Part shown: piece by piece, positions 8,177 to 17,531 of the stretch | How positions within the stretch are numbered: position 1 is the first letter of the stretch | How the letters are laid out: every line of letters begins with the position of its first letter | NCBI GenBank assembly: GCA_963769935.1 | Contig: CAVYNY010000007.1 | Span: forward strand, 192,001-256,000 | Reading direction: 5' to 3' | Source: an uncultured delta proteobacterium | Lineage (GTDB): Bacteria; Desulfobacterota; Desulfobacteria; Desulfobacterales; JAFDCJ01 | DNA length: 64,000 nt | Notes under the pieces: model-generated | What the model saw: the letters and a program-made list of their open reading frames with translations, nothing else | What the model was told of the DNA's origin: nothing | Databases searched by the model: none | Position numbers and translations under genes: made by a program

Positions 8177-9604
8177 TTAAAACCGGTAGTATATAAAGGG
8201 GGTGTTGGCCCCGCCCATAATCAGGGCGGCACAGAACGGCAGCAGCAGCAGGATCATCAGGACACCGGTGAAGAGGGGAATGGGGTCTTTTCTATCCATT
8301 AAATATCGCAGACCGGAGAAATCGCGCGGCATGAAAAATACCGTTAATGCGGTCATCAAAAACAGGACATTGCGATAATTTAATACCAGGCTCAGTTCGT
8401 AAGACACCGGCCAATTCGTTATCGTAAACATTCTGGATATAAACGCGAATGCCTGGAAGATGTTTGCGGAGCGAAAGACCACCCAGCCCAGGATGACCAG
8501 CAGCAGGGTGGCCGCACGACGCACCGCATGGTGTTTTTCAGCCGGCAGATTGCGGATGCCGCTGATTCGTTCCAGCATGAGCAAAGCACCGTGGAAAATT
8601 CCCCAGAACACAAACGTCCAATTCGCTCCATGCCACAGCCCGCAGAGGATAAACACGAGGCTCAAATTCAGGCAGGTTCGGCCGGTGCCTTTTTGATTGC
8701 CGCCTAAAGGAATGTAGAGATAGTCCCGAAACCAACGACCCAGCGTGATGTGCCAGCGATGCCAGAAATCCGTGATGCTTACCGAGGAGTAGGGGCGGTT
8801 GAAATTTTCGGGGAATTTAAAACCGAACAGCATCCCCAGGCCGATGGCCATATCGGAATAGGCGGAAAAATCGAAATAGATCTGAAGGGTGTAGGCAATC
8901 GCCCCCAGCCAAGCCATTTTGGTATCGAGCAGTTCGGGGCGGAGGGCAAAGGTGAAGTCGGCGATTCGGCCGCAGGCATCGGCAATTACGACTTTTTTGG
9001 CCAGTCCCCAGCAAAAGCGGATGATGCCGTCATAAAAGAGAGACCAGGATTCCCGGCGTTGTTTGAGCTGGCTGTGAACGGCGTGATACCGCATGATCGG
9101 GCCGGCAATCAACTCCGGAAATACGGCCACATAGAGCGCAAAATCAACGATATTTTTTTGGGCGCGGGCCTTGCCCTGATATACGTCCAGGATATAACTG
9201 AGCTTTTTAAATGTGAAAAACGAGATCCCGATCGGCAGAATAACTTCCTGCCATTGGATGCGTGCGAAACCGAATCGGGCAAAAACGATGTTCAAGTTGT
9301 CGACAAAAAAGTCGGCATATTTAAAATAGACCAATAGCCCGATGTTGAGAAGCACCGCCAGCACCATCCACAATCGTTTACGTGGGGCATCACGTTCGAT
9401 GAGCAGACCGAGCAAATAATCAGCCGTGGTGGAGCCGATCAGGATCAGCACAAAGGCGGCCGCACCGTAAAGATAGAATAGATAGCTGCCAAAAAGAAGG
9501 ACGGCGTTGCGCAGGTTTTTCGGACCCAGCAATTGCTGTGCGTAATATAGGATGATAACGGCCGGTAGAAAGCCGAACAGGAATATGGTGCTTGAAAATA
9601 CCAT
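8177..9604 (-). CDS. MBOAT family O-acyltransferase (AlgI/DltB/PatA-like)
   Basis: LPIGISFFTF, FPELIAGPI, QIYFDFSAYSDMAIG, ENFNRPY, FWHRWHITL, GLWHGA. Confidence 0.95.
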   Translation of the reverse strand: MVFSSTIFLFGFLPAVIILYYAQQLLGPKNLRNAVLLFGSYLFYLYGAAAFVLILIGSTTADYLLGLLIERDAPRKRLWMVLAVLLNIGLLVYFKYADFFVDNLNIVFARFGFARIQWQEVILPIGISFFTFKKLSYILDVYQGKARAQKNIVDFALYVAVFPELIAGPIMRYHAVHSQLKQRRESWSLFYDGIIRFCWGLAKKVVIADACGRIADFTFALRPELLDTKMAWLGAIAYTLQIYFDFSAYSDMAIGLGMLFGFKFPENFNRPYSSVSITDFWHRWHITLGRWFRDYLYIPLGGNQKGTGRTCLNLSLVFILCGLWHGANWTFVFWGIFHGALLMLERISGIRNLPAEKHHAVRRAATLLLVILGWVVFRSANIFQAFAFISRMFTITNWPVSYELSLVLNYRNVLFLMTALTVFFMPRDFSGLRYLMDRKDPIPLFTGVLMILLLLPFCAALIMGGANTPFIYYRF

Positions 9605-9734
9605 CGTAATTTATCCGCCGCCCCGTTTCTAAACTGATTTTCCCATTTTTAAGCGTAAATTTGATGAACAGCTTGAGGTGTTGTTATGGGCGGATAAATT
9701 AATTTAACCATAATTCGAGTAAACACTCAAATGG

Positions 9735-9773
9735 TTATTCCAAAATTGAAAACCTGATCCTCTGGGCCAGGAT
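9735..9773 (+). repeat. Dispersed 39-bp palindromic intergenic repeat, copy 1
   Basis: TTATTCCAAAATTGAAAACCTGATCCTCTGGGCCAGGAT matches 39585-39623 at 35/39. Confidence 0.75.
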
Positions 9774-9984
9774 GCTTTGCTTGCTTTGGGTGTTTTGCCT
9801 TTCAGGGCAACCCGGCAGACGGGTAAGAACCCCTTGAGGACTGAGCGCAGCCTAACTCTCCTTCGAAACGTATTCGCCGCTGTTGGTTTTTGGGGTTTCG
9901 ATTTTTATAATATCGTTTGATATTTGATGCGAAGAAATGACACCCGCCAGGAAATCGTCCCGGAATTCAAATCACGAAGCAAAT

Positions 9985-11622
9985 TTACCGGGCGGCGGTT
10001 TTGTCGTTGCGGTCGAAATGTTCATTCATGAATTTCGCAAGGTCTGATGTGTCGAATGTGAATTTCATGTTTTTCCTGAATTTAGCGAGGTCGTCATACA
10101 AAGCTGAAGCGCTCTGATATCTTACCTCTTTTTTCTTTGCCAGGCATTTCATAACGATGTCATTGAGTTCGGCCGGGATCCCCTCTCTCGCTTGCATTAA
10201 AGGTTCGATCTCCAATGTTGGAATAGCTCGAATAGCTTCCACATCCGTGTCAAAAGCGTAGACTTTTTTTCCACTGATAGTTTCATAGAGAACCAGACCA
10301 AGGGCATAAATGTCGGTTCTTTGGTCGATGGGTTCTCCTAGTGATTGCTCGGGGGATAAATAAGCCAATTTTCCTTTAATGACGCCGGCCAGGGTTAGGC
10401 TCGGCTCGGATATTGCCTTGGATATGCCGAAATCGCTTATTTTTACCTCGCCTTCATAGGAGATCAGCATATTTTGCGGACTGATATCCCGATGGATAAT
10501 TTCAAGGGGTTGGCCGCTGTCGTCATCCCGCCGGCTGTGAGAATAATCCAGGCCTTTGCATATTTTGGAAATGATGAATACGGAATGTTCAATGGGCAGC
10601 CCCTTTCCCAAAGCTGTCAGGATTTCCTTTAAATTTTTCCCATGGATATATTCCATGGCAATGAAATAGGCGTTTTCGATATTGCCGTAGTCGAAAATTT
10701 GAACAACATTGGGGTGTTGTAATAGCGCGGCCAGGCGCGCTTCCCGGGTGAACATCTTGATGAATTCCGAATTTCCAGCCAGGTGCGGCAGGATGCGTTT
10801 TATGGCAACCTTTCTTCGAAAACCGTCTTCCCGTTCGTAATCCGCCAAAAACAATTCGGCCATTCCGCCCTGGGCAACCTTTTGACGAATCAGATAGGGC
10901 CCGATGCGCTCCATGTTTGCAATTTCCTGCTTGATTTTTAACACCCTGGCTTTGGCCCTGCGGTCATGCCAGAAAATTATCGCAACGGCTAAGACAGCAA
11001 GCAGAGCGATCCCGGAAAAATATATGCTCCGTGAAAAATTTATGAATCGATTAAGATCGGCGGTTGAAAGGTCGATATAGACCGCTCCGATCTTCACATT
11101 AGAAAACGTTATATCTTTAAAAAAACCGATATCTTCCGTGTTGTCCGGTAAATGATTTGCAGTTACCGTGACTTCGTCCCTTACAGCGATCGGTTTTTGA
11201 TTCTGAGGGGGCTCGAACTTACCAACTCTCGGTTCAGCGCCTGCCTGCGCCAGAATCGTATTTGTGTGATCAGTAATCACTGCGAAATTAAGGCTTTTGA
11301 TCTTCTCCAGTTCTCTGATTTCAACGCTAAGGGCAAGCTGCTCTTTTTCCAATACCAATGGTGCGCTTTTGGCTGCCAAATCGGCGGTAGCTGCGAGACC
11401 TTGCTGATAAAGATCATTTCTTGCCCGCTCAACGCCGGAGCGATAAACAAAATAGCCGGCTAAACCGGCAACCAGCCAGACAGCGAGGCAGAGGACGATT
11501 GTTTTGCCATTGCGGCGCATAAATTCCATTTCTTTTATATTTTTTGATATTCGGTTGAAAATGCTCGTTGAAAATTCCTTTACTTTTACCGCCGTCGTTG
11601 ACGCAATATCGGTCGCAAACAT
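9985..11622 (-). CDS. Ser/Thr protein kinase with N-terminal TM-periplasmic sensor-TM and C-terminal kinase domain
   Basis: AQGGMA, VAIKR, HRDISPQN, DFG and YLSPE. Two TM segments flank a ~140-aa extracytoplasmic domain. AGGAGG RBS. Confidence 0.92.
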   Translation of the reverse strand: MFATDIASTTAVKVKEFSTSIFNRISKNIKEMEFMRRNGKTIVLCLAVWLVAGLAGYFVYRSGVERARNDLYQQGLAATADLAAKSAPLVLEKEQLALSVEIRELEKIKSLNFAVITDHTNTILAQAGAEPRVGKFEPPQNQKPIAVRDEVTVTANHLPDNTEDIGFFKDITFSNVKIGAVYIDLSTADLNRFINFSRSIYFSGIALLAVLAVAIIFWHDRRAKARVLKIKQEIANMERIGPYLIRQKVAQGGMAELFLADYEREDGFRRKVAIKRILPHLAGNSEFIKMFTREARLAALLQHPNVVQIFDYGNIENAYFIAMEYIHGKNLKEILTALGKGLPIEHSVFIISKICKGLDYSHSRRDDDSGQPLEIIHRDISPQNMLISYEGEVKISDFGISKAISEPSLTLAGVIKGKLAYLSPEQSLGEPIDQRTDIYALGLVLYETISGKKVYAFDTDVEAIRAIPTLEIEPLMQAREGIPAELNDIVMKCLAKKKEVRYQSASALYDDLAKFRKNMKFTFDTSDLAKFMNEHFDRNDKTAAR

Positions 11623-11671
11623 CGGACAACCTCCTAACGAATACTGAGTTTAGGGATTATTAATTCATGGC

Positions 11672-12550
11672 CTAGGCGGTCAATTTTTGAATAATTTCAG
11701 CGCATCGCAATATGATCTGACGTTTGATCCCATAAAGATCCTGGCGGTCGGCAATCTCCGATAAATCAATTCCTTTTAAGTCAGCATGGCATTCAGCGTT
11801 CTGCCCGGGATTCGAAATCTTCGCGATCGATTTTTCGTAAAGATGGGGGTGATAAAATCCATCGGCATTGACGGTTTTATTTGTGCCGCACATGGGACAC
11901 ATGATCACGTGTTTATCCGCTCTCGGCGCCTCTTGACGCCGGTGCCAGAAAAAATCCTTCAGCAGCCGTGGGTTGACGTTGATTTTTCGCCAGCCCAGCA
12001 TTACCATGAACAGCAATAGACATAGAAAGCTTAAAGCCGCGGCGATCATAAATTGATTTCTGACCATTACCGTTTTTGCGGCTGAAAGCGCAAGGTAAAT
12101 TTCACCAATTTGGGTGCCGGCATAATGGATGCCTGATGTAAAACTGACAATTTTTTTTTGGTTTGGAAATTCGCCTTTCCAAAAGGTTATTTGATCCTTT
12201 TTTTGCACGGAATCATTTCTGACGGGTTTGACATTTTGGGCACCCGCAACGGCTACAATTTCATCGCGATAATCGGACACCGCCAGATATAGGATGTCCT
12301 TTCTTTGCCCGATATCCATTACCTGTCTACGGATGGCCGGCGTATCTTTTTCTAAAAGCTTAACACTGATTTGTTTGGCAAGTCCGCTAACGATATTGAT
12401 TCCGGATTCCTGAATGCCGGAATTGATGTGCTCCAATCGAAGGGCCGTGACGGCGTAGCCCAGGGCTATCAATATCCACCAGACGACAATACCCAAAATT
12501 AAATGGCGGGAGTTAAAACCTGCTCTTTTTAGCCGGCTCAAGTCCATCAA
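11672..12550 (-). CDS. Two-TM membrane protein with periplasmic domain paralogous to the adjacent kinase and a cytoplasmic CPMC motif
   Basis: LLEKD...LAVSD...IHYAGTQIGEIYLALS aligns with the kinase's VLEKE...AVITD...ITFSNVKIGAVYIDLS; C-terminal CPMCG. Confidence 0.75.
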   Translation of the reverse strand: MMDLSRLKRAGFNSRHLILGIVVWWILIALGYAVTALRLEHINSGIQESGINIVSGLAKQISVKLLEKDTPAIRRQVMDIGQRKDILYLAVSDYRDEIVAVAGAQNVKPVRNDSVQKKDQITFWKGEFPNQKKIVSFTSGIHYAGTQIGEIYLALSAAKTVMVRNQFMIAAALSFLCLLLFMVMLGWRKINVNPRLLKDFFWHRRQEAPRADKHVIMCPMCGTNKTVNADGFYHPHLYEKSIAKISNPGQNAECHADLKGIDLSEIADRQDLYGIKRQIILRCAEIIQKLTA

Positions 12551-12913
12551 TAAAATGATCCCCGCAAATTGCGAAGTTACAGTTCTTTCCGGTCCAGCGT
12601 TGTTATCGAAAGGCGCACATTGACCACAAGAGCGATGCGTGAATTATCATTTAATTTATTCGTCCGCGGGCGCCTTGTCAAGTAAATTAACGTTCGGAAT
12701 TTACTATATTTAATCTGCGCAGCGACCCGTTGCGGGGTAAATTTTAACTCAATTGATTGATTAAACCCGTTCAAATCTTAACTGAAATAATTTGACAAGA
12801 CATTGATATTCAGACTAATAATAGCCTGGTAGATTCCGCCGGTTGCCTGAGGTACGGTGATGGTTTTGGCAGGCTGAAGTCCAGCGCAAACAAAAACCGA
12901 ATGGGTTCTCAAG

Positions 12914-13933
12914 GTGATGACTTATATTCAGATTATTCTATTAGCCGCTCTGATAATGCCGGCAGGTTTACTTTCCTGCGTTCCTATCGGTCCAGCCTCA
13001 GGGTATTCTTCCTCAGGGGACTCATCCCAAAATATTTTTAGATCAAAGGAATTTATCGTCTATCAGTTGCCGACAGCCGCAACGTCGACTGAATTGGCCG
13101 AACGGTTTCTGGGAGACAGCCATAAGTCGTGGCTGATCGAGGAGTCCAATCCAGGCGCTGGCTTTAACAGCGGCGAGCTGATTGTCATTCCGCTGAATCA
13201 TTTCGACAGGGGTGGATTGTGGAGAGACGGTATACAGACAATACCCATCCTCACCTATCACCGGTTTTCCAATGATTGCAGTTCACCGCTTTGCGTGGGC
13301 AGCAGCATTTTTGAGAATCAGATGAGATATCTGAAAGAAAATGATTTCCATGTCATTTCACCGGAGCAGCTGCTCGCCTTTCTGGAATACAGGGAGGGCT
13401 TGCCGAAAAAATCCGTATTGATCACTATGGACGATGGATATCGTTCAGCTTATGAGATTGCTTATCCCATCCTCAAAAAATATGGCTTCACGGCGACGTT
13501 TTTTATTTATACGAATTTTGTCGGCGTATCCAAAATGGCCATTACCTGGGATCAACTGAAAGAACTGAAAGCAAATGGATTTTCAATCGGTTCTCATACC
13601 ATAAGCCACAGCGATTTGACCCAGCGCGAGGACGGGGAAACCGAGGCTGATTGGATGGCCAGGATTGATAAGGAACTTCACGGTTCCAAGCAAATACTCG
13701 ATAAAAAATTGAACCAGGATACGATATCGCTGGCCTATCCGTACGGCAAATATGACCAACGTGCCATCGAAACTGCCCGAAAAGCCGGCTACAAAATGGC
13801 GATGTCGGTCCAAAGAGGCGGCAACCCCTTTTTTGCCGATCCCCTGTATCTGCGAAGGGACATGATATTGAAAAAGGATCTGCAAACATTTATCTCCAGA
13901 CTGAATACTTTTAAACCCATGTCGTTAAAGTGA
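12914..13933 (+). CDS. Polysaccharide deacetylase (CE4/NodB) lipoprotein
   Basis: Lipobox LLSC; PILTYH, ITMDDGY, GSHTISH and AYPYG motifs; degenerate LysM-like segment before the catalytic domain. Confidence 0.9.
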   Translation: MMTYIQIILLAALIMPAGLLSCVPIGPASGYSSSGDSSQNIFRSKEFIVYQLPTAATSTELAERFLGDSHKSWLIEESNPGAGFNSGELIVIPLNHFDRGGLWRDGIQTIPILTYHRFSNDCSSPLCVGSSIFENQMRYLKENDFHVISPEQLLAFLEYREGLPKKSVLITMDDGYRSAYEIAYPILKKYGFTATFFIYTNFVGVSKMAITWDQLKELKANGFSIGSHTISHSDLTQREDGETEADWMARIDKELHGSKQILDKKLNQDTISLAYPYGKYDQRAIETARKAGYKMAMSVQRGGNPFFADPLYLRRDMILKKDLQTFISRLNTFKPMSLK

Positions 13934-13940
13934 GAATGCC

Positions 13941-15365
13941 ATGAAAACAAGAGCTGGAATTATCGGTATTATCTTTTTGTGCGTGCTGGCAAACGGTTGC
14001 GCAACCTTGGGGACCAAGTCGTCCCCCAAAAATCGTGAGCAGTTGGCTGATGAGTATCAGACCAAAGCCCGGGATTACGAAGCGAAAGGTGAATTGGTTG
14101 AAGCGCTGGAACAATACAGACTTTGGCTCACGGTAGATCCTGAAAACAAATCGGCTCAGGATAAAAGCACGCAGATCGGACAGGAACTTCAAAAGTTGGC
14201 CGAAAGCCATTATCAAAGCGGACTGGCCTACTATCAAAAGGGGCAATACACTCCGGCCCGCCAGGAATTTTTAACTGCCCTCAGAGATGATCCGGATCAC
14301 CAGGGGGCAAAAGAGATGCTTATAGCCAATCGAGAGTTGGAACAGGTCGACAGATATGTATTGCATACGATCCAACCGAATGAGACCCTTGCAACATTGG
14401 CCAAACAATACTACGGCGACTATAAGAAATTTCATTTGATCGCCATATACAATGGCATCGAGGACGCCACTAAAGTCAGGGTCGGACAGCAGATTAAGGT
14501 TCCGGTCTTCGAGGGGGTCCCGATTATGGCAGATCCATCGAAAATTCTGACTGTTTCCGGCAAAGCTCCTCAAGCAAAACCGGAAGAAATCATAACGGTT
14601 AAAGGTTTCGTCGTCCATACCGTTAAAGCTGAGGATACCCTGTCGAAGCTGGCAAAAGAGTATTACGGCGATTTAAAAAAATTTGATCTCATTGCCAAGT
14701 TTAACGACATGCAGGTATCCGACAGTCTGCAGGTCGGACAGGAGATTAAAATCCCTGAGGTCGAGGGCGTGCCGTTTCTGGCACCTGAAGCCAAAGAGCT
14801 GACAGAGATCAAAACGCCGGAAGCGGAGGCCCCGGCGGCGAAAGAAGCACAGCCGGAAAAAGCTGCAGAGGAGCCGGCAACAGCCAAAGTGGAGGCCTCC
14901 GAAGAAGACCAGGCGGCCGCTTACCGGAAGTCCGGCATTGAGTTCTATCAGGATAAGAACTATGCGGACGCGGTAGTAGAACTGCAGAAGGCTTTAAGTG
15001 CAAATCCGGATGATAAGGTTACTAAGGATTATCTGTCGTTAGCCTACTTTGAACAAGGAGTTGCTTCCTTTAACAAAGAGGACTATTCTCAGTCCATCAA
15101 GGCGTTCGAAACCTCCCGGCAGTTCAACAGCAGCTGTGAAAAATGTGAATCGTATCTAAAGCAAAGCCAGGAAAAATTCAAAGATCTTCATTATCGCCAA
15201 GGGGTCTCGTATTTCGGGCAGGAAAAACTGGCCGAAGCCATCAGCGAATGGCAACAGGTTTATAACATGGATCCGAACTACAAGGACGTCAGCAAAAATA
15301 TATCCAAGGCTCAAACATTGCTGCAACGCCTTGAGGAAATACAAAAGAGCAATCAAAAAAAATAA
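13941..15365 (+). CDS. TPR - 2x LysM - TPR lipoprotein
   Basis: Lipobox ANGC; HTIQPNETLATLAKQYYG...GQQIKVP and HTVKAEDTLSKLAKEYYG...GQEIKIP; flanking TPR helices. Confidence 0.9.
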   Translation: MKTRAGIIGIIFLCVLANGCATLGTKSSPKNREQLADEYQTKARDYEAKGELVEALEQYRLWLTVDPENKSAQDKSTQIGQELQKLAESHYQSGLAYYQKGQYTPARQEFLTALRDDPDHQGAKEMLIANRELEQVDRYVLHTIQPNETLATLAKQYYGDYKKFHLIAIYNGIEDATKVRVGQQIKVPVFEGVPIMADPSKILTVSGKAPQAKPEEIITVKGFVVHTVKAEDTLSKLAKEYYGDLKKFDLIAKFNDMQVSDSLQVGQEIKIPEVEGVPFLAPEAKELTEIKTPEAEAPAAKEAQPEKAAEEPATAKVEASEEDQAAAYRKSGIEFYQDKNYADAVVELQKALSANPDDKVTKDYLSLAYFEQGVASFNKEDYSQSIKAFETSRQFNSSCEKCESYLKQSQEKFKDLHYRQGVSYFGQEKLAEAISEWQQVYNMDPNYKDVSKNISKAQTLLQRLEEIQKSNQKK

Positions 15366-15515
15366 CCCGAATTAAATCCAAATTGAGTCAAAAGTCTACG
15401 TGTGCTGCCGAAATGCGATTCGCTCCCGCAAAACAACAGACCTGAAACCGCGCAGATTTCTCTCATTAACATCCGTCATAATATCTCTGAATCTGCTAAA
15501 TAGAATTTTGAGACA

Positions 15516-17009
15516 ATGGCCAACCAAACCGCAACCACGTCGATTGCGCCCGCCCCCCCGCCGATCAGGGTGAGAATCGAAAAAGGCACTGCCGACAAAA
15601 GCGAGTATGTGTTTACCCAACCATTTCGCTGCGGGCGCGATGAAAGCTGTGAGGTACGACTTGCCGATACGGCGGTGAGTAGATTTCATGCCGAATTTTG
15701 GTTTTCGGCCGGAAGATGGTGGATACTCGATTTGCAAAGTGGCAATGGATCGTACCTGGATGGAACGAAAGTCGAACGTGCGCCGATAGCAACCCTGGCC
15801 AGAGTCCAGCTGGGCGATGATGGTCCGGTGCTTCTCTTGACGGTTGAACGGGTTCCAACGGCTGAAGACGTTAAAGAAGATAAAAAGGTTCAAGACCGGC
15901 CCCGCTCACTTGAACACTACCAGGAGCACTATTTCCAGGATACTGAAAAAGGCAATGTCGGCGAGCATACGATGATGATCCGGCAAGCCTTTAAAAGGGT
16001 CCAAAACCGCCAGAGAGGAAGATTTATCGCTGTCATCTCGATTTTGAGTTTTTTGGTTCTAGCCGCCGGTATATATGCTCTGTACAAACATCAGGAAGTT
16101 TCCAAGCAAAAATTATTGGCCGAGGATATTTTCTATGCCATGAAATCCATGGAGCTTGAGTTTGCGCCGCTTGTAAAGATGGCCAGACTCAGCCAGGATG
16201 CCAACCTTCTGGCTAAGGTCCAGGAGTACCAAGCCCGCCGCAAAGTGCTGGAAAACAAGTATGACAAGTTTATCGAAGCACTTGAAATCTATAAGAAAAG
16301 CATCAGTCCCGAAGAAAGGATCATTCTGCGTATCGCCCGTATTTTCGGTGAGTGTGAAATAAAAATGCCTGAGGGTTTTGTGCACGAAGTGTTGAATTAC
16401 ATTGAGAAATGGAAAGCCACCCCCAGGCTGAAAATGGCTGTTCAACGGGCCCGGCAAAGAGGCTACACCACCAAAATAGCTGAAACCTTGCTGGCTCATG
16501 ATTTGCCCCCCCAGTATTTTTATCTGGCCCTTCAAGAGAGTAATTTTGACCCCGAGGCTTGCGGACCGGAAACCAAATGGGGCATTGCAAAAGGAATGTG
16601 GCAATTCATACCGGATACAGCTGTTGTTTTCGGTCTTCGCACCGGCCCCCTGCAAGATCAGCGACGGCCGGATCCGCTCGACGATCGCCATGATTTTGAA
16701 AAGTCGACCGAAGCGGCCGCCAAGTACATTAAGGCCATTTATGATACGGATGCCCAGGCTTCCGGGCTGCTGGTTATGGCCTCCTACAACTGGGGTGAAA
16801 GACGGGTGAACCGGCTCATTAAAACAATGCCTGAAAATCCACAGGAAAGAAATTTCTGGCTTCTGCTGGACAAATATAAAAAGCAAATTCCCCGTGAGAC
16901 TTACGACTATGTGTTTTCCATCTTTTCAGCCGCCGTCATCGGCGAAAACCCCGCTCTTTTCGGCTTTGACTTTGAAAATCCGCTGATGCATATCGAAAGC
17001 CGATTGTAA
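15516..17009 (+). CDS. FHA domain - TM - coiled coil - lytic transglycosylase (SLT/MltD-like)
   Basis: FHA GR...VSRFH...DLQSGNGS; TM FIAVISILSFLVLAAGIYAL; SLT motifs QESNF, GMWQF and SYNWGE. Confidence 0.9.
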   Translation: MANQTATTSIAPAPPPIRVRIEKGTADKSEYVFTQPFRCGRDESCEVRLADTAVSRFHAEFWFSAGRWWILDLQSGNGSYLDGTKVERAPIATLARVQLGDDGPVLLLTVERVPTAEDVKEDKKVQDRPRSLEHYQEHYFQDTEKGNVGEHTMMIRQAFKRVQNRQRGRFIAVISILSFLVLAAGIYALYKHQEVSKQKLLAEDIFYAMKSMELEFAPLVKMARLSQDANLLAKVQEYQARRKVLENKYDKFIEALEIYKKSISPEERIILRIARIFGECEIKMPEGFVHEVLNYIEKWKATPRLKMAVQRARQRGYTTKIAETLLAHDLPPQYFYLALQESNFDPEACGPETKWGIAKGMWQFIPDTAVVFGLRTGPLQDQRRPDPLDDRHDFEKSTEAAAKYIKAIYDTDAQASGLLVMASYNWGERRVNRLIKTMPENPQERNFWLLLDKYKKQIPRETYDYVFSIFSAAVIGENPALFGFDFENPLMHIESRL

Positions 17010-17531
17010 AGCGCGGTGAGATCATCCAAATCATCCCTTGACAACCGATTAAATTTTAATTACAGAGAACAAGCTTTGTGAACATCTGCCTCATAAAGCT
17101 CATTTCAGTATTCAGCTAAACCCTCTCATCTGATAATTTCTGTAGCGCTAACAGTGGAACTATTCAAGGTGTTGCGCAATATGTCTTCTAATTTTTTAAT
17201 GGTGCTATGGAGGCAGATTCCAATTTTCCCGCAATTGAATCGGATCAAATGTAGTATAGATTTCATAAAATTATGTAGCTCTTTGCTTAATTTTTTTGAT
17301 CCAAATATTCGGCTTTCTATCTAAAATACTGTAATTATTGTTTATATGTTTTCAGTCGTTTTTTGTATAATTTTTGCATGAGAAGGCGACATCTGGGCGT
17401 AAAAATTCCGTGTCTTATGCGAAATGCTTTGAATGTCAAATGAATCATGGGGATTTTTCGGTGATTCTATCATAGGGCAGGATAACAGAGGAATTCTCCA
17501 AATCCGTGGGCATCCAAACAGGAGGTGACAT

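Noticed and set aside
4678..9604. Alginate biosynthesis operon (algI/algJ/algX symbols)
   Set aside because: No synthase, epimerase or export genes; the substrate is unknown, so symbols were withheld.
9775..9900. Riboswitch or ncRNA in the kinase-MBOAT intergenic region
   Set aside because: Some GC-rich pairing is possible, but I recognised no consensus; an Rfam/Infernal search is needed.
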